64,000 nt of DNA, from the IMG/VR virus record IMGVR_UViG_3300028275_000007. The stretch is one strand, 5' to 3'. This document shows positions 48,012 to 58,066 of the stretch, piece by piece; position 1 is the stretch's first letter, and every line of letters begins with the position of its first letter. The position numbers were made by a program, and so were the translations under genes. The notes beneath the pieces are model-generated. The model was not told the DNA's origin. It saw only the letters and a program-made list of their open reading frames with translations, and searched no databases. The DNA comes from a virus. Its lineage: Duplodnaviria > Caudoviricetes.

Positions 48012-49220
48012 ATGATAAACAAAGAACCCTTCAAACATTTAATAAAAGATCTAAAATCTAACGGAAAATATCGTGTGTTTAACGACATTCTTCGTGAAAA
48101 CGGCAAGTTTCCACAGGCTATTTGGTACGGACCGTATGCCATTAAAAATATAGTTAATTGGTGTTCTAATGATTATTTAGGTATGGGTCAATCTAAAGTT
48201 GTTTTAGATGCTATGCACACAGCTCTAGATATGACTGGTGCTGGTTCGGGAGGTACTCGTAATATTGGCGGCACTAGCCACTATCACGTTGCTCTAGAAC
48301 ACGAACTAGCAAAATTACATAATAAAGCCAGTGCTCTTTTGTTTAGCTCTGCGTATGTTGCCAACGAATGGACATTGATTGCTCTAAGTAAGATCATTCC
48401 TAATATACATTTTGTCAGCGACGAAAATAATCATAACAGTTTAATCATAGGTATGAGTCATAGTCGTGCTTCTAAGACTGTGTTCAAACACAACGATCTA
48501 CAACATTTAGAAGATATACTGTGTTCAGTAAAGTTAGCTGGTCAGACTCCGTGTATTGTGTTTGAAAGTGTTTACTCAATGGACGGAGATGTAGGGGAGA
48601 TAAAAGGAATCTGTGATCTAGCAGACAAGTATGAAGCAATCACTTATATTGATGAAGTACACGCGGTAGGGCTATACGGAACGCACGGTGGCGGCAAAGT
48701 TGAAGAGCTAGGCCTTGAACACCGAATTGATATAATCAATGGAACTCTAGGCAAGGCGTATGGTGTCCAAGGTGGCTATATAGCTGCCGATGCTGATGTA
48801 ATTGATGCTATTCGTTCAGTGGCAGCTGGATTTATCTTTACTACAAGTCTAAGTCCTGTTACCTGTGCAGGTGCTCTTGCTGCTGTCAAATACCTAAAAG
48901 AGCACAACGAGATTCGTGAGAAACATCAAGAACGTGCTCGCAAACTAAAACATAGATTGAACAATAACGGTATTCCAGTTATGGAATGTTCTACTACTCA
49001 CATAGTGCCGGTACTGATAGGGGAAGCTAAGAAGTGTAAGGCCATTAGCGATGACCTACTCAACGAACATAATATCTATGTGCAGCCTATTAATTATCCA
49101 ACTGTCGATGTAGGCACAGAACGACTACGGTTTGCACCTACACCGTTTCACGATGACGGAATGATTGAAGACTTAATCGCTGCTCTCAAAGAAAGTTTTA
49201 GTAAATTTGATTTGAAGTAA
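48012..49220 (+). CDS. hemA: 5-aminolevulinate synthase (Shemin/C4 pathway)
   Basis: [63 protein letters not shown]. Confidence 0.93.
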   Translation: MINKEPFKHLIKDLKSNGKYRVFNDILRENGKFPQAIWYGPYAIKNIVNWCSNDYLGMGQSKVVLDAMHTALDMTGAGSGGTRNIGGTSHYHVALEHELAKLHNKASALLFSSAYVANEWTLIALSKIIPNIHFVSDENNHNSLIIGMSHSRASKTVFKHNDLQHLEDILCSVKLAGQTPCIVFESVYSMDGDVGEIKGICDLADKYEAITYIDEVHAVGLYGTHGGGKVEELGLEHRIDIINGTLGKAYGVQGGYIAADADVIDAIRSVAAGFIFTTSLSPVTCAGALAAVKYLKEHNEIREKHQERARKLKHRLNNNGIPVMECSTTHIVPVLIGEAKKCKAISDDLLNEHNIYVQPINYPTVDVGTERLRFAPTPFHDDGMIEDLIAALKESFSKFDLK

Positions 49221-50064
49221 GGAATGTAAAATACTTTTTAATTCCTTCCCAAGGTTCTAAAAACAAATCTGTCTTTACACCTGCTTGTTCCAATGCTCGA
49301 GTATCGGCCTTTGTATCTGTTTGATACTGTGCTTTTAGATCGTCGGGCATAGGAATATAAACTTTACTACCTTTAGAAGATTCGTGAATAACTATGTTTG
49401 CGATACTTTCAAAGTCAACACTTTCGCCTGTGCCTAGGTCATAGACACCCGGTTGATAATTCTGTATAAAGTGATAGATTGTACTGGCAACATCTTCTAC
49501 CCAGATAAAGTCTCTTTTAAATTGTTTGCTGTTTTCAAATATCTTTATAACTTCTTCTTTTTGAAGTTGATTGTACCAATGGTATATTGTACTGGCCATA
49601 CGGCCCTTATGATATTCGTTTGGTCCATAGACATTAAACAATCTTAGAACAACTCCGTTGATTTCATTTTCGCTTACCTGCTTGCTAAATGCATAATGAT
49701 TTAGTGGGCCGTTACCGTTACCGTAGACTGCTGCTGAACTTGTAAAGATAAACGGGATATTGTTTTCAGAACAAAAATGATTCCAACGGCGTGTGCTCAA
49801 CACGTTGGTATTATAAAGACTTTTCCAATCACGCTGTAGTGTACTAGAGTCTGCACCTATGTGTATGACTGCTTCAATCGTATCTGAGTCACTGGGCATT
49901 TCATCTGTAGAGTGTAGAGATATGTATTTTTTATTTGTTAAATTTTTATATTGATCAGCTGTTGGCAAATCGTCAAACAATACAATATCATCCCTTCCTT
50001 GTTTGTTTAGGTAACCTAATACCACACTACCGATAAATCCGCCTGCACCAGTTAATATAATCAT
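49198..50064 (-). CDS. hldD: ADP-L-glycero-D-manno-heptose 6-epimerase-like
   Basis: [47 protein letters not shown]. Confidence 0.88.
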   Translation of the reverse strand: MIILTGAGGFIGSVVLGYLNKQGRDDIVLFDDLPTADQYKNLTNKKYISLHSTDEMPSDSDTIEAVIHIGADSSTLQRDWKSLYNTNVLSTRRWNHFCSENNIPFIFTSSAAVYGNGNGPLNHYAFSKQVSENEINGVVLRLFNVYGPNEYHKGRMASTIYHWYNQLQKEEVIKIFENSKQFKRDFIWVEDVASTIYHFIQNYQPGVYDLGTGESVDFESIANIVIHESSKGSKVYIPMPDDLKAQYQTDTKADTRALEQAGVKTDLFLEPWEGIKKYFTFLTSNQIY

Positions 50065-50819
50065 AATATTTCTTCCATAGTAGGAGCATAGCAGCCAACG
50101 TGCTGAACTGTAACGGCAGCAGCCTGATTAGCAAAGTCCATTGCTTGTTTGATGTCTTTGGTATGTAGAAAGTTATAGACTAGTGCAGCAAGGAATGTAT
50201 CTCCTGCTCCCGTAACATCAACAACTTCAACCTTTGGTGCTTTAGAGGTATACTCGTGATGCACAGCTTCTGCACCTTTGCTGCCGCGTGTGACAATTAA
50301 CCCACTACATTCACTTTTAATTTTGCTGTGTTCTAATTCATTGATCTTAACCCACGCTCCTTGCATACGCTCTAGGTCAGTCTTCTTGGTATCGATGAAC
50401 ACAGGAATTCTAGTAGCGATAGCTTCTTCTATAACATCGTAAGTTATTGTGCCTTTATTGTAATCACTGATAACAATAGCATCGTAGACCTTAGGAATAG
50501 CTGTTTCAAACGTCAACGGGTCAGATACGATGTCATTGTCAATGCGTACAATCTGTTGTTTGCTACGAGCATCGATTAGTCTAGTCTTGGTGCTGGTTTC
50601 ACCGAACAGATAGTTTACTTCGCAGCCTAGCGACTCTAGATTGTTAAACACATTGCCTGCCATACCATCACGTTCTTCTACATAAGTAGGAACGAACACA
50701 GGTACTGGAGCTTCAGGACTTAATCGATCAATTGTACCGTACTGATAGATGTCTTTGCAATTATCGCCTATCAATAATATCTTGAATTGTTTTTGTTGTT
50801 GAGTGTTCTGTTCTGTCAT
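50061..50819 (-). CDS. Heptose-7-phosphate kinase (RfaE/HldE domain I, PfkB family)
   Basis: DRLSPEAPVPV, SDYNKG, DVTGAGDTF. Confidence 0.9.
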   Translation of the reverse strand: MTEQNTQQQKQFKILLIGDNCKDIYQYGTIDRLSPEAPVPVFVPTYVEERDGMAGNVFNNLESLGCEVNYLFGETSTKTRLIDARSKQQIVRIDNDIVSDPLTFETAIPKVYDAIVISDYNKGTITYDVIEEAIATRIPVFIDTKKTDLERMQGAWVKINELEHSKIKSECSGLIVTRGSKGAEAVHHEYTSKAPKVEVVDVTGAGDTFLAALVYNFLHTKDIKQAMDFANQAAAVTVQHVGCYAPTMEEIL

Positions 50820-51162
50820 AAAACATTATATCTTTACAGTATTCTGATCCAATGATTGGTTTGTCTTTATAGTCACTGCCTTTGACCATAATATCCGGGC
50901 TATAGTTTTTAATAAGTTCTGCCAGTTCGTTGTCGGTGTCAAATATCCTAACACGGTCCACTGACTTCAAAGCAAACAACATACTAGCTCTATCGTATTC
51001 ATTATTGATTGGCCGACTTGGACCTTTGAGCCGTCGAACTCTTTGATCGCTGTCAATTAAAACATAAACATAAGCATCAGGGAAGCCCTTTGCAAATTCT
51101 AATAGTTTAATGTGTCCGATGTGTAATATATCAAAAGTTCCATTTACAATAATTTTTTTCAT
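50761..51162 (-). CDS. Heptose-1-phosphate nucleotidyltransferase (RfaE/HldE domain II)
   Basis: NGTFDILHIGH, LKGPSRPIN, VKGSDY, STT. Confidence 0.9.
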   Translation of the reverse strand: MKKIIVNGTFDILHIGHIKLLEFAKGFPDAYVYVLIDSDQRVRRLKGPSRPINNEYDRASMLFALKSVDRVRIFDTDNELAELIKNYSPDIMVKGSDYKDKPIIGSEYCKDIMFYDRTEHSTTKTIQDIIDRR

Positions 51163-51767
51163 GGTAAACTTTCTACGAATTGTTCAAGATTATCAAAAAT
51201 TAAAACTTTTGGTTTAATCTTTCTATATGTAAACTTGTTTAGTTCTTTTTCTGTTTCTTCACCGTAACCAGTTCTAACCAACACAGGTCTAGCTCCAATG
51301 TTTATTGCAGCCTTAAGGTCTTTCATTTTATCGCCAACGTAATAACCGCCTTTGAATTTCATATCTGGTACTTCTTTCTCACATCGTTTGAACATACCAG
51401 TGTTGGGTTTTGCAAACGGATCGTCTTTGCGACTAGAAGCAGAATAATACAATGCGTCAATACTGAAACAGCCTGCGGCACCTAACAGTTCAAACATATG
51501 AGTGTGTACTGTTTCAACATCTTCTTGAGTGTAGATGCCTTTTTCAATACCACCTTGGTCTGAGATGATTGCAATTTTATAACCTTTGCGTCTAAGAGTA
51601 GCAATAGCATCAATGCTTCCTGGGATAGGATCAAAGTCTTCTACCTTGTAGCAATAGGTACCTAGATCACGATTGATAACTCCGTCACGATCTAAGCCCA
51701 CTACACATTTTGTTCTAAACTCTCCGCCTGACCAAGAAATCTTAGGCTGGTTTGTCTGTTGTTCCAT
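51159..51767 (-). CDS. gmhB: D,D-heptose 1,7-bisphosphate phosphatase
   Basis: LDRDGVIN, KPNTGMF, VGDKMKDLKAA..GARPVLVRTGYG. Confidence 0.9.
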   Translation of the reverse strand: MEQQTNQPKISWSGGEFRTKCVVGLDRDGVINRDLGTYCYKVEDFDPIPGSIDAIATLRRKGYKIAIISDQGGIEKGIYTQEDVETVHTHMFELLGAAGCFSIDALYYSASSRKDDPFAKPNTGMFKRCEKEVPDMKFKGGYYVGDKMKDLKAAINIGARPVLVRTGYGEETEKELNKFTYRKIKPKVLIFDNLEQFVESLP

Positions 51768-52128
51768 TCTGGCTGTCTCCGGGGATAATTCTATAGTTAT
51801 CCTCTACGCTGTCTGCTGTACTCACTTCAAAGATCATAGAGTTAGGTTGAAGAGCAATTAGTTGATGCGGCATCATTGGAGGATTATGCCAGGTTTCGCC
51901 TTCGTTAAGAATCTTTTCAACGTAGGTTGCCGTTTTTGTATCGCAGTAAACTAACCTAAACTTGCCTGCGTTAACAAACCAAGTTTCTTCTTTTTCTTTG
52001 TGAAAGTGCATACTAAACTTTGCACCTTCACGTTCGAATACCATAATCTTTCCGCAGTATTTGTCGTTGGTGGCCCAAATAATTTCGTAGCCCCAACCCT
52101 TGTCTACTTTACCTGTTAATCTTGTCAT
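51742..52128 (-). CDS. Cupin (sugar-phosphate isomerase-like)
   Basis: [28 protein letters not shown]. Confidence 0.85.
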   Translation of the reverse strand: MTRLTGKVDKGWGYEIIWATNDKYCGKIMVFEREGAKFSMHFHKEKEETWFVNAGKFRLVYCDTKTATYVEKILNEGETWHNPPMMPHQLIALQPNSMIFEVSTADSVEDNYRIIPGDSQNGTTDKPA

Positions 52129-52715
52129 GGTCGCTTCTCAATAACTTTATCGATAAGTCCGTACTCTAGAGCTTCTTCTGCACTCATAAACTTATCACGA
52201 TCCATATCGCGTTCGAAGTCTTGGTAGGTCTTACCTTTGGTGTTGTGCTTAACATATAGTTCTGTTAAACGTTTCTTAATATGCATAATTTCTTTGTATG
52301 AAATCTCAATGTCAGATGCCATACCTCTCGCACCACCCGATGGTTGATGGATCATATGACGAGCATTTGGCAGCATAAAACGTTTGCCTGCTGCTCCTGC
52401 ATTGGCAAGGAACGAGCCCATTGAACAGGCCTGTCCCATTACATAGGTTGCTACATCGCATTTAATAAATTGCATAGTATCATAAATGCTTAGGCCTGCT
52501 GTGACTACACCGCCTGGACTATTAATAAACAAATTGATATCTTTATTTGGATCTTCTGATTCTAAAAACAATAACTGAGATACAATCAAATTAGCCATAT
52601 GGTCTTCTACAGGACCGTTTAGCATAATAATACGCTCGCGAAGCAAACGACTGTAAATGTCATAGGCTCGTTCGCCTTTGGATGTAGACTCAATAACTAC
52701 TGGTACCAAACTCAT
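52125..52715 (-). CDS. clpP: ATP-dependent Clp protease proteolytic subunit
   Basis: [19 protein letters not shown]-like, QACSMGS, MIHQP, DRD. Confidence 0.96.
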   Translation of the reverse strand: MSLVPVVIESTSKGERAYDIYSRLLRERIIMLNGPVEDHMANLIVSQLLFLESEDPNKDINLFINSPGGVVTAGLSIYDTMQFIKCDVATYVMGQACSMGSFLANAGAAGKRFMLPNARHMIHQPSGGARGMASDIEISYKEIMHIKKRLTELYVKHNTKGKTYQDFERDMDRDKFMSAEEALEYGLIDKVIEKRP

Positions 52716-52856
52716 TTTGTTCCTTTAAGGTTGTAAAATTAAAGTGTAACTGTTCTATTAATTATTGTCAAGACTCTTGTTCTGACCATAATCTGAGTAT
52801 ATAATAGCTCTATCGTTCAACTACAGTTAAATACTGTTTTGTAAGAAAATTCCGAA

Positions 52857-53375
52857 ATGAGTACCCTATTATTAAATGCAGATATGCAACCAATCAGCTT
52901 GCTTCCTCTATCCGTTGTGGATTGGCAGGAGGCTATTCGCTATATGGTTTTGGACAAGGCTGAAGTCCTTGAGTGGCACGACGAATGGATTGTTCATTCC
53001 GCTCGTTGGGAAACTCGTGTGCCTGCTGTATTATTGTTAAAAGAATATCAGAAGCCAAAGAACACAATGCGCCTATCAAAGCGTAATGTATTCTTACGTG
53101 ACCAATATACCTGCCAATACTGTGGCACAGAAGTAACAGATCAAACTGCTACTTTGGATCACGTGCATCCTGTTTCCAAAGGCGGTAAGACAACTTGGGA
53201 AAACTCTACCACAGCCTGCAAACCTTGTAACTACAAGAAAGCTGCTCACGTGGGCAAAATGAAGCCAAAGAACGCACCTTACAAACCTCACTTTTGGGAT
53301 TTGGTTGAAAAGCGTAAACTAAAAGGCTACCATTTGCATCACCCAAGTTGGGCAACCTATTTGGGTGTAGAGTGA
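52857..53375 (+). CDS. HNH endonuclease (McrA-like)
   Basis: RDQYTCQYCG...TLDHVHPVSKGG...WEN..TACKPCNYKK. Confidence 0.92.
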   Translation: MSTLLLNADMQPISLLPLSVVDWQEAIRYMVLDKAEVLEWHDEWIVHSARWETRVPAVLLLKEYQKPKNTMRLSKRNVFLRDQYTCQYCGTEVTDQTATLDHVHPVSKGGKTTWENSTTACKPCNYKKAAHVGKMKPKNAPYKPHFWDLVEKRKLKGYHLHHPSWATYLGVE

Positions 53376-53432
53376 TTGACATCCTTGCTTCTTGGTGCTA
53401 TAATATTAGCAACTTAGAAATTAGGAGCAAGG

Positions 53433-53786
53433 ATGCGCTACATTTTGGCATCGTGGGATCAAGAAGGTTTTGAATGTCTAGAAGATATCACTTCTAAGCA
53501 TCCAGATCACTTTGAAAAAGGGCAAATAATAGAAGCCCTTAAAGGTAACAAGCCGCAACGCAATCCTCTTGCACAACAAATTGAGCATATGAAACTTCGT
53601 GCTCGATTTAATTCGCAACGCTGTTATGAAATCTATGTGTTTACCACAAATGATGACATAGAGTTTAAAGATGTAGAGGATTGGATGATTGCCGATCCTC
53701 AAAGTCTAGTAGATTGGATTCGTGTTAATCACTATTCCAAAATCTATTCAGACTATCGCCCTAAACATAAACCCGCAATTGTATAA
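53433..53786 (+). CDS. Hypothetical protein
   Basis: TTGACA-17-TATAAT promoter (53376-53404) and AGGAG RBS. Confidence 0.75.
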   Translation: MRYILASWDQEGFECLEDITSKHPDHFEKGQIIEALKGNKPQRNPLAQQIEHMKLRARFNSQRCYEIYVFTTNDDIEFKDVEDWMIADPQSLVDWIRVNHYSKIYSDYRPKHKPAIV

Positions 53787-53794
53787 GGACTAAA

Positions 53795-55117
53795 ATGCGT
53801 ACACAACCACAAGCAATTATTCAACGACTTGAAGCAGACAATAGTCGTCTTGCCAAAGAAGCTATCCTTGCAGAAGCAATGACGGAAGGCCTAGACGAGT
53901 TCTTCGAAGGCGTTCGTATGGCATTGGACAATCTTTATACTTTTGGTGTAAAGCAAGTTCCTACATCCGACAAGGACGGACAAGGACTAAGCTGGGATAA
54001 CTTCAAACAACTGGCAGAAAGCCTTTACCGTCGTGAGCTTACTGGTCACGCTGCTCGTGATGCTATTCAATTGGCTATGGATGTGGCTACTAAAGAACAA
54101 TGGAACGACTTTTATCGTCGTATCCTTATCAAAGACCTACGCTGTGGTGTAAGTGAAAAGACAGTGAACTCCGTGGCCAAAAAGTCTAAGAAAGATCAAT
54201 ATCGAGTTCCTGTGTTTGAATGCCAATTGAGTCACGATTCGGCCAATCACGAAGGCAAGCTCACAGGTACTAAAATTGTAGAACGTAAGTTGGATGGTGT
54301 TCGCTGTCTAACTGTCGTAGACTATGAAAACAAAACTGTGGTGCAGTATACTCGCAACGGCAAAGAGTTGGCTAACTTTAGTCACATCACAGACTATTTG
54401 AGCAACTTCATTGAAGAATTTGGACGCTCCTATGTCATTGACGGTGAAATTATGAGCAACAGCTTCCAAGACCTTATGAAGCAGGTACATCGCAAAGACA
54501 ATGTCTCAGCATCAGATGCTGTTCTCAATGTGTTTGATATTGTGCCCTTGTTTGAGTTTAAACAGGGTAAGAGCACAATGAAACAAAAGAGTCGTTCACA
54601 GTTCCTCAAGGGCTTTGAAAACATCTTTACAGATTCGGGCTTTATCCAAATTGTGCCACAGAAGACTTTTAATCTTGATTCAATGGTTGAAGAAATTGAA
54701 TTCAAAGACTATATGAAAGAAATGGTTGCAGCAGGCTACGAAGGTGTAATGATCAAAGATCCAAATGCTGTCTACGAATGTAAGCGTTCCACTGCCTGGC
54801 TCAAAATGAAACCCTTTATTGAAGTAAGTTTGAGTGTTACCAGCGTCGAAGAAGGTACAGGACGTAATGTGGGTAAGTTGGGTGCTATTGTATGTGAAGG
54901 AACTGATGATGGTAAAAGGATTGTGGTCAACTGCGGTTCAGGTTTTACAGATGAACAAAGAGCAGAATTTTGGGAAGCTAAGGATTCGCTCATTGGGCAG
55001 GTCGTGGAAGTCCGTGCAGATGCAGCGACTCGGAGCCAGGATAGTGAGGACATTTGGTCGCTACGGTTTCCGCGCTTCCTACGATTCCGAGGCTTTACAA
55101 AAGGTGAGAAAATCTAA
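53795..55117 (+). CDS. ATP-dependent DNA ligase
   Basis: ERKLDGVR, IDGEI, YEGVMIK, WLKMK, LRFPRF. Confidence 0.95.
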   Translation: MRTQPQAIIQRLEADNSRLAKEAILAEAMTEGLDEFFEGVRMALDNLYTFGVKQVPTSDKDGQGLSWDNFKQLAESLYRRELTGHAARDAIQLAMDVATKEQWNDFYRRILIKDLRCGVSEKTVNSVAKKSKKDQYRVPVFECQLSHDSANHEGKLTGTKIVERKLDGVRCLTVVDYENKTVVQYTRNGKELANFSHITDYLSNFIEEFGRSYVIDGEIMSNSFQDLMKQVHRKDNVSASDAVLNVFDIVPLFEFKQGKSTMKQKSRSQFLKGFENIFTDSGFIQIVPQKTFNLDSMVEEIEFKDYMKEMVAAGYEGVMIKDPNAVYECKRSTAWLKMKPFIEVSLSVTSVEEGTGRNVGKLGAIVCEGTDDGKRIVVNCGSGFTDEQRAEFWEAKDSLIGQVVEVRADAATRSQDSEDIWSLRFPRFLRFRGFTKGEKI

Positions 55118-55118
55118 T

Positions 55119-55358
55119 ATGAAAAAAGGTGCTATCAAAGATCTATGCTATGGCGGTATGCTAGAACTACTGAACAACCGCAACTACTACTATAAGAGTT
55201 CTGTGGGCAAAGACTATAGTCACCTTACTGATGATGGTAAACAGGCTGTGGTAGAGTTTATGGATATGATTGCCTGGAAGATGATCGAAGCAGAAGACAC
55301 TGATCTAGATCGTAGAGCCAAAGAACAGGTCCTAGAACAACTTAAAAAGAAAGACTGA
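55119..55358 (+). CDS. Hypothetical protein (start MKKGAIK)
   Basis: The upstream part of the ORF-track entry lies inside the ligase. Confidence 0.7.
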   Translation: MKKGAIKDLCYGGMLELLNNRNYYYKSSVGKDYSHLTDDGKQAVVEFMDMIAWKMIEAEDTDLDRRAKEQVLEQLKKKD

Positions 55359-55359
55359 T

Positions 55360-55626
55360 ATGAAAGAATTCTTTGGATGGATACGTTGGGTTTGGAACAA
55401 GCAGGAGACCTGGCAAAAGACCTTTCTTGTGGCCTTTTTCTTCCTGGGGGCTGGTATCAATGCCAGCGCCGAAGCTCAGAAGTATCTTTGGAGCATCAGC
55501 TCGATTATAATTGCATTTTGGCTGACCAAATGGTGCCTATGGGACGCATTTTGGGCATCGTGGGCTAAGTATAGAGAACATCGCAACGAACTATTAACAA
55601 CTATCAAGACATCGGACAAGGAGTGA
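55360..55626 (+). CDS. Small membrane protein
   Basis: Two hydrophobic W-rich segments. Confidence 0.7.
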   Translation: MKEFFGWIRWVWNKQETWQKTFLVAFFFLGAGINASAEAQKYLWSISSIIIAFWLTKWCLWDAFWASWAKYREHRNELLTTIKTSDKE

Positions 55627-55628
55627 TT

Positions 55629-55898
55629 ATGATTGAAAACGAATTTGAATATAACAACGAAGAAGAAGCAGAAGTTGCACAGATCAACTCTCTGATTATG
55701 AATATGAACGCTGTGGGTGCTCTACAGCGAGAACTGGCCAAACAGCGCAGCCAACCTTCAGCTGAGTTCTGCGAAGAATGTGGGGAAGATATTCCTGAAG
55801 CACGTAGGCAAGCGATTCCGGGTGTGCAGTTCTGTATTCACTGCCAGACTAAAATGGAACGCTTCAAAGCCAACTATCGACAGCCTGGTGCGAACTAA
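55629..55898 (+). CDS. DksA/TraR C4 zinc-finger protein
   Basis: CEECGEDIPEARRQAIPGVQFCIHCQ. Confidence 0.9.
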   Translation: MIENEFEYNNEEEAEVAQINSLIMNMNAVGALQRELAKQRSQPSAEFCEECGEDIPEARRQAIPGVQFCIHCQTKMERFKANYRQPGAN

Positions 55899-56427
55899 GG
55901 GTAATCACGTTACCCCATAGGTCCTCACAGCTTTGATCAAACAGCCATTCTGGGCCTAGATTCTGAGCCACTAGCCAGCTGTGTTTCTGACTCCAAGGCC
56001 CCTGCCCATTCATTTCTAATTCCAGCTGACCCGGGGCCCAGCTGGCAAAACCCATAATCATTCTAAAGTGTCTAGGGAAGTCACCGTCGGCCAAGTGATG
56101 AAACATTGCTTCATTGCTGGTCATAGCCCAGGCCGAAGTTATCATAACAGATCCCGAAATCACCCACTCTGCTGAATGCAGCATCCATAGGCTCTGAGGG
56201 CTCATAGGGCCACCCCAGTGTAGGGGTAAATTGGGTAGGCCCCCAACGTCTAGGTCTATGCCGTCTGCTATGTCGTTGAGAGTTTGGTCTAGGGGTCTAT
56301 TAACACAGAGCGCAAATGAGCCCTGGGGGTTAGTATGTGTGACCATTAATACTGAGTTCCGGAATCTGGTGTCCGGCATTGTTGGGGGTGCTATGAGTAG
56401 GTCAGTTGGACGTACCCTGGTAGACAT
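55864..56427 (-). CDS. YqgE/AlgH family protein
   Basis: LLIAPP.MPD.RF..SV, WGGP, GFASWAPGQLE.E. Confidence 0.88.
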   Translation of the reverse strand: MSTRVRPTDLLIAPPTMPDTRFRNSVLMVTHTNPQGSFALCVNRPLDQTLNDIADGIDLDVGGLPNLPLHWGGPMSPQSLWMLHSAEWVISGSVMITSAWAMTSNEAMFHHLADGDFPRHFRMIMGFASWAPGQLELEMNGQGPWSQKHSWLVAQNLGPEWLFDQSCEDLWGNVITLSSHQAVDSWL

Positions 56428-56428
56428 A

Positions 56429-56917
56429 TCAACTCCAGTCTGGGAGCGGACCCCCGTACTTTTTACCCAAGATCTTCTTGCCGCGGACCTTGACACGCTC
56501 TGAGCCAATCTTGTGGCTCTTGCCCCCTTCGCGACTGCGATAGCCCTGTGACTTACAGCTGGCTAGGTTTGATGCACCCAGGGCTGAGTCTGGCTTACCT
56601 GATGTGCAGAGTGCTCTGGACGCGGGTTCTTCCGCGACGGCTTCATCATCACTCTGGACGCCATACATGATCTCATCGTTTAGAGGAAAGTCCAATTCCA
56701 TAAAACGCTCGGGTAGTTCTGAAGTATCGATGATGTAGTCTAGCTCATCATCTGTAGGGTGTTCTTTCATTAGGACCTTGGCAGCTTCATCGTGACCCTT
56801 GGCATTGTTCCAAATGTTGATGCCATAGTGGTTGTCATAGAGTGCGGCCACAGCGTCCATGACCTTGTGATAGTCACAGGTAAAGATATTTTCTTTAAGT
56901 ATTTCGTTGATTCTCAT
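56429..56917 (-). CDS. Late protein with capsid-targeting-like N-terminus and basic Cys-containing tail
   Basis: MRINEILKE; acidic middle; CTSGK..SCKSQGYRSR. Confidence 0.7.
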   Translation of the reverse strand: MRINEILKENIFTCDYHKVMDAVAALYDNHYGINIWNNAKGHDEAAKVLMKEHPTDDELDYIIDTSELPERFMELDFPLNDEIMYGVQSDDEAVAEEPASRALCTSGKPDSALGASNLASCKSQGYRSREGGKSHKIGSERVKVRGKKILGKKYGGPLPDWS

Positions 56918-57147
56918 GCTAATTTAGCCCCTAACATCACAGCAGCCACTAGGTAGTTTTTTACTTCTAGATTGTCTGCTTCCTTGTGGAACTCATCTGC
57001 TGTGATTAGGTCACGCAGAAGTTCCTGATATTCTGATTCTTTGAGCTCGCCCGACTCGTACATTTGGGTAATCTCTAGAGCGTATTTTGCACGTTCACTA
57101 GCCCAACTAGGTGCGTTTTCTATCACGTACTGTAACTGTTCTTTCAT
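56914..57147 (-). CDS. Hypothetical protein
   Basis: Coupled ORF. Confidence 0.7.
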   Translation of the reverse strand: MKEQLQYVIENAPSWASERAKYALEITQMYESGELKESEYQELLRDLITADEFHKEADNLEVKNYLVAAVMLGAKLA

Positions 57148-57524
57148 TACCATCTCCCTAGTACGACTTCAGCAGCTCGTTGTGCTTCCTGAGTCAATAG
57201 CTTCTTTTTAACTGTGCAGTAGCCCCGAGTGCCCTCGCCACGTTCTACCCACTCATCTACCTGTGTTTTAATGGGCCGGACCACACGTAGAACATCTGCT
57301 TGTAGACGACCCTTAGACTGTGAATATAGTTCAAATCTGCGTAGATCCTCTTGTACTCGTAGGACCTGTGCTCGCTGTGGTTCTTCACAGTTGATCTGCT
57401 CGATCTTCAATCTAGCCTCAACTATATAGTGACTTTGATTTGCATCCCAAAATGAAGGAATCCACTGAGTGACAGTGGCACAACCAGATAACCAAAACAC
57501 CGCAGAGAGAATAATTAGGCGCAT
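57147..57524 (-). CDS. Lipoprotein
   Basis: MRLIILSAVFWLSGC lipobox. Confidence 0.75.
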   Translation of the reverse strand: MRLIILSAVFWLSGCATVTQWIPSFWDANQSHYIVEARLKIEQINCEEPQRAQVLRVQEDLRRFELYSQSKGRLQADVLRVVRPIKTQVDEWVERGEGTRGYCTVKKKLLTQEAQRAAEVVLGRW

Positions 57525-57531
57525 ATGATAT

Positions 57532-57759
57532 TTACCTAGGAAACTCAGATCGCAAGACCGCAGAGCCAAATCTACGTTCAAACTCTAGACTGCGATCTCG
57601 CTCCGAAGGTATCGTCCTCCAGGGCTCAATGTCAATGACCACACTGGCACCGTCCGAAGCTCGTATCAGTGTAGATCTATTAGCGAGATCTGCGACCCAA
57701 AGTTCTATGTCAGGAATCACTGATTCATCGATGATTTTAAAATAACGTAGTTCATTCAT
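57532..57759 (-). CDS. Hypothetical protein
   Basis: 75 aa; TAAATA upstream. Confidence 0.6.
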   Translation of the reverse strand: MNELRYFKIIDESVIPDIELWVADLANRSTLIRASDGASVVIDIEPWRTIPSERDRSLEFERRFGSAVLRSEFPR

Positions 57760-57840
57760 AGTCTAATATTTACCCAAACGAGCTTGGGATAATTCACTGG
57801 CTGCGAAGCAGCAGCGCAGCAAAAATCCGGCAGCGATTTT

Positions 57841-58047
57841 TTATACATAGTCTTCGTTTCTCCTACGCTCTAATAAAGGCCACGCACAGATCAAGAATAG
57901 TTCCGCAGAGGGCGAGACCCAAAAGTCTATGGAGTCTGCTCTAATACTAATATGGCCGCCCGAACGCTGTACATATGCCCAAACAATCTCCGAATCATAG
58001 TCAACGTCAGAGCGTAATCTATAACAAAATAATCTAGTATCTCGCAT
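57841..58047 (-). CDS. Hypothetical protein
   Basis: 68 aa, divergent from the next gene. Confidence 0.55.
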   Translation of the reverse strand: MRDTRLFCYRLRSDVDYDSEIVWAYVQRSGGHISIRADSIDFWVSPSAELFLICAWPLLERRRNEDYV

Positions 58048-58066
58048 ACCTTGGTTAAATATCCCT

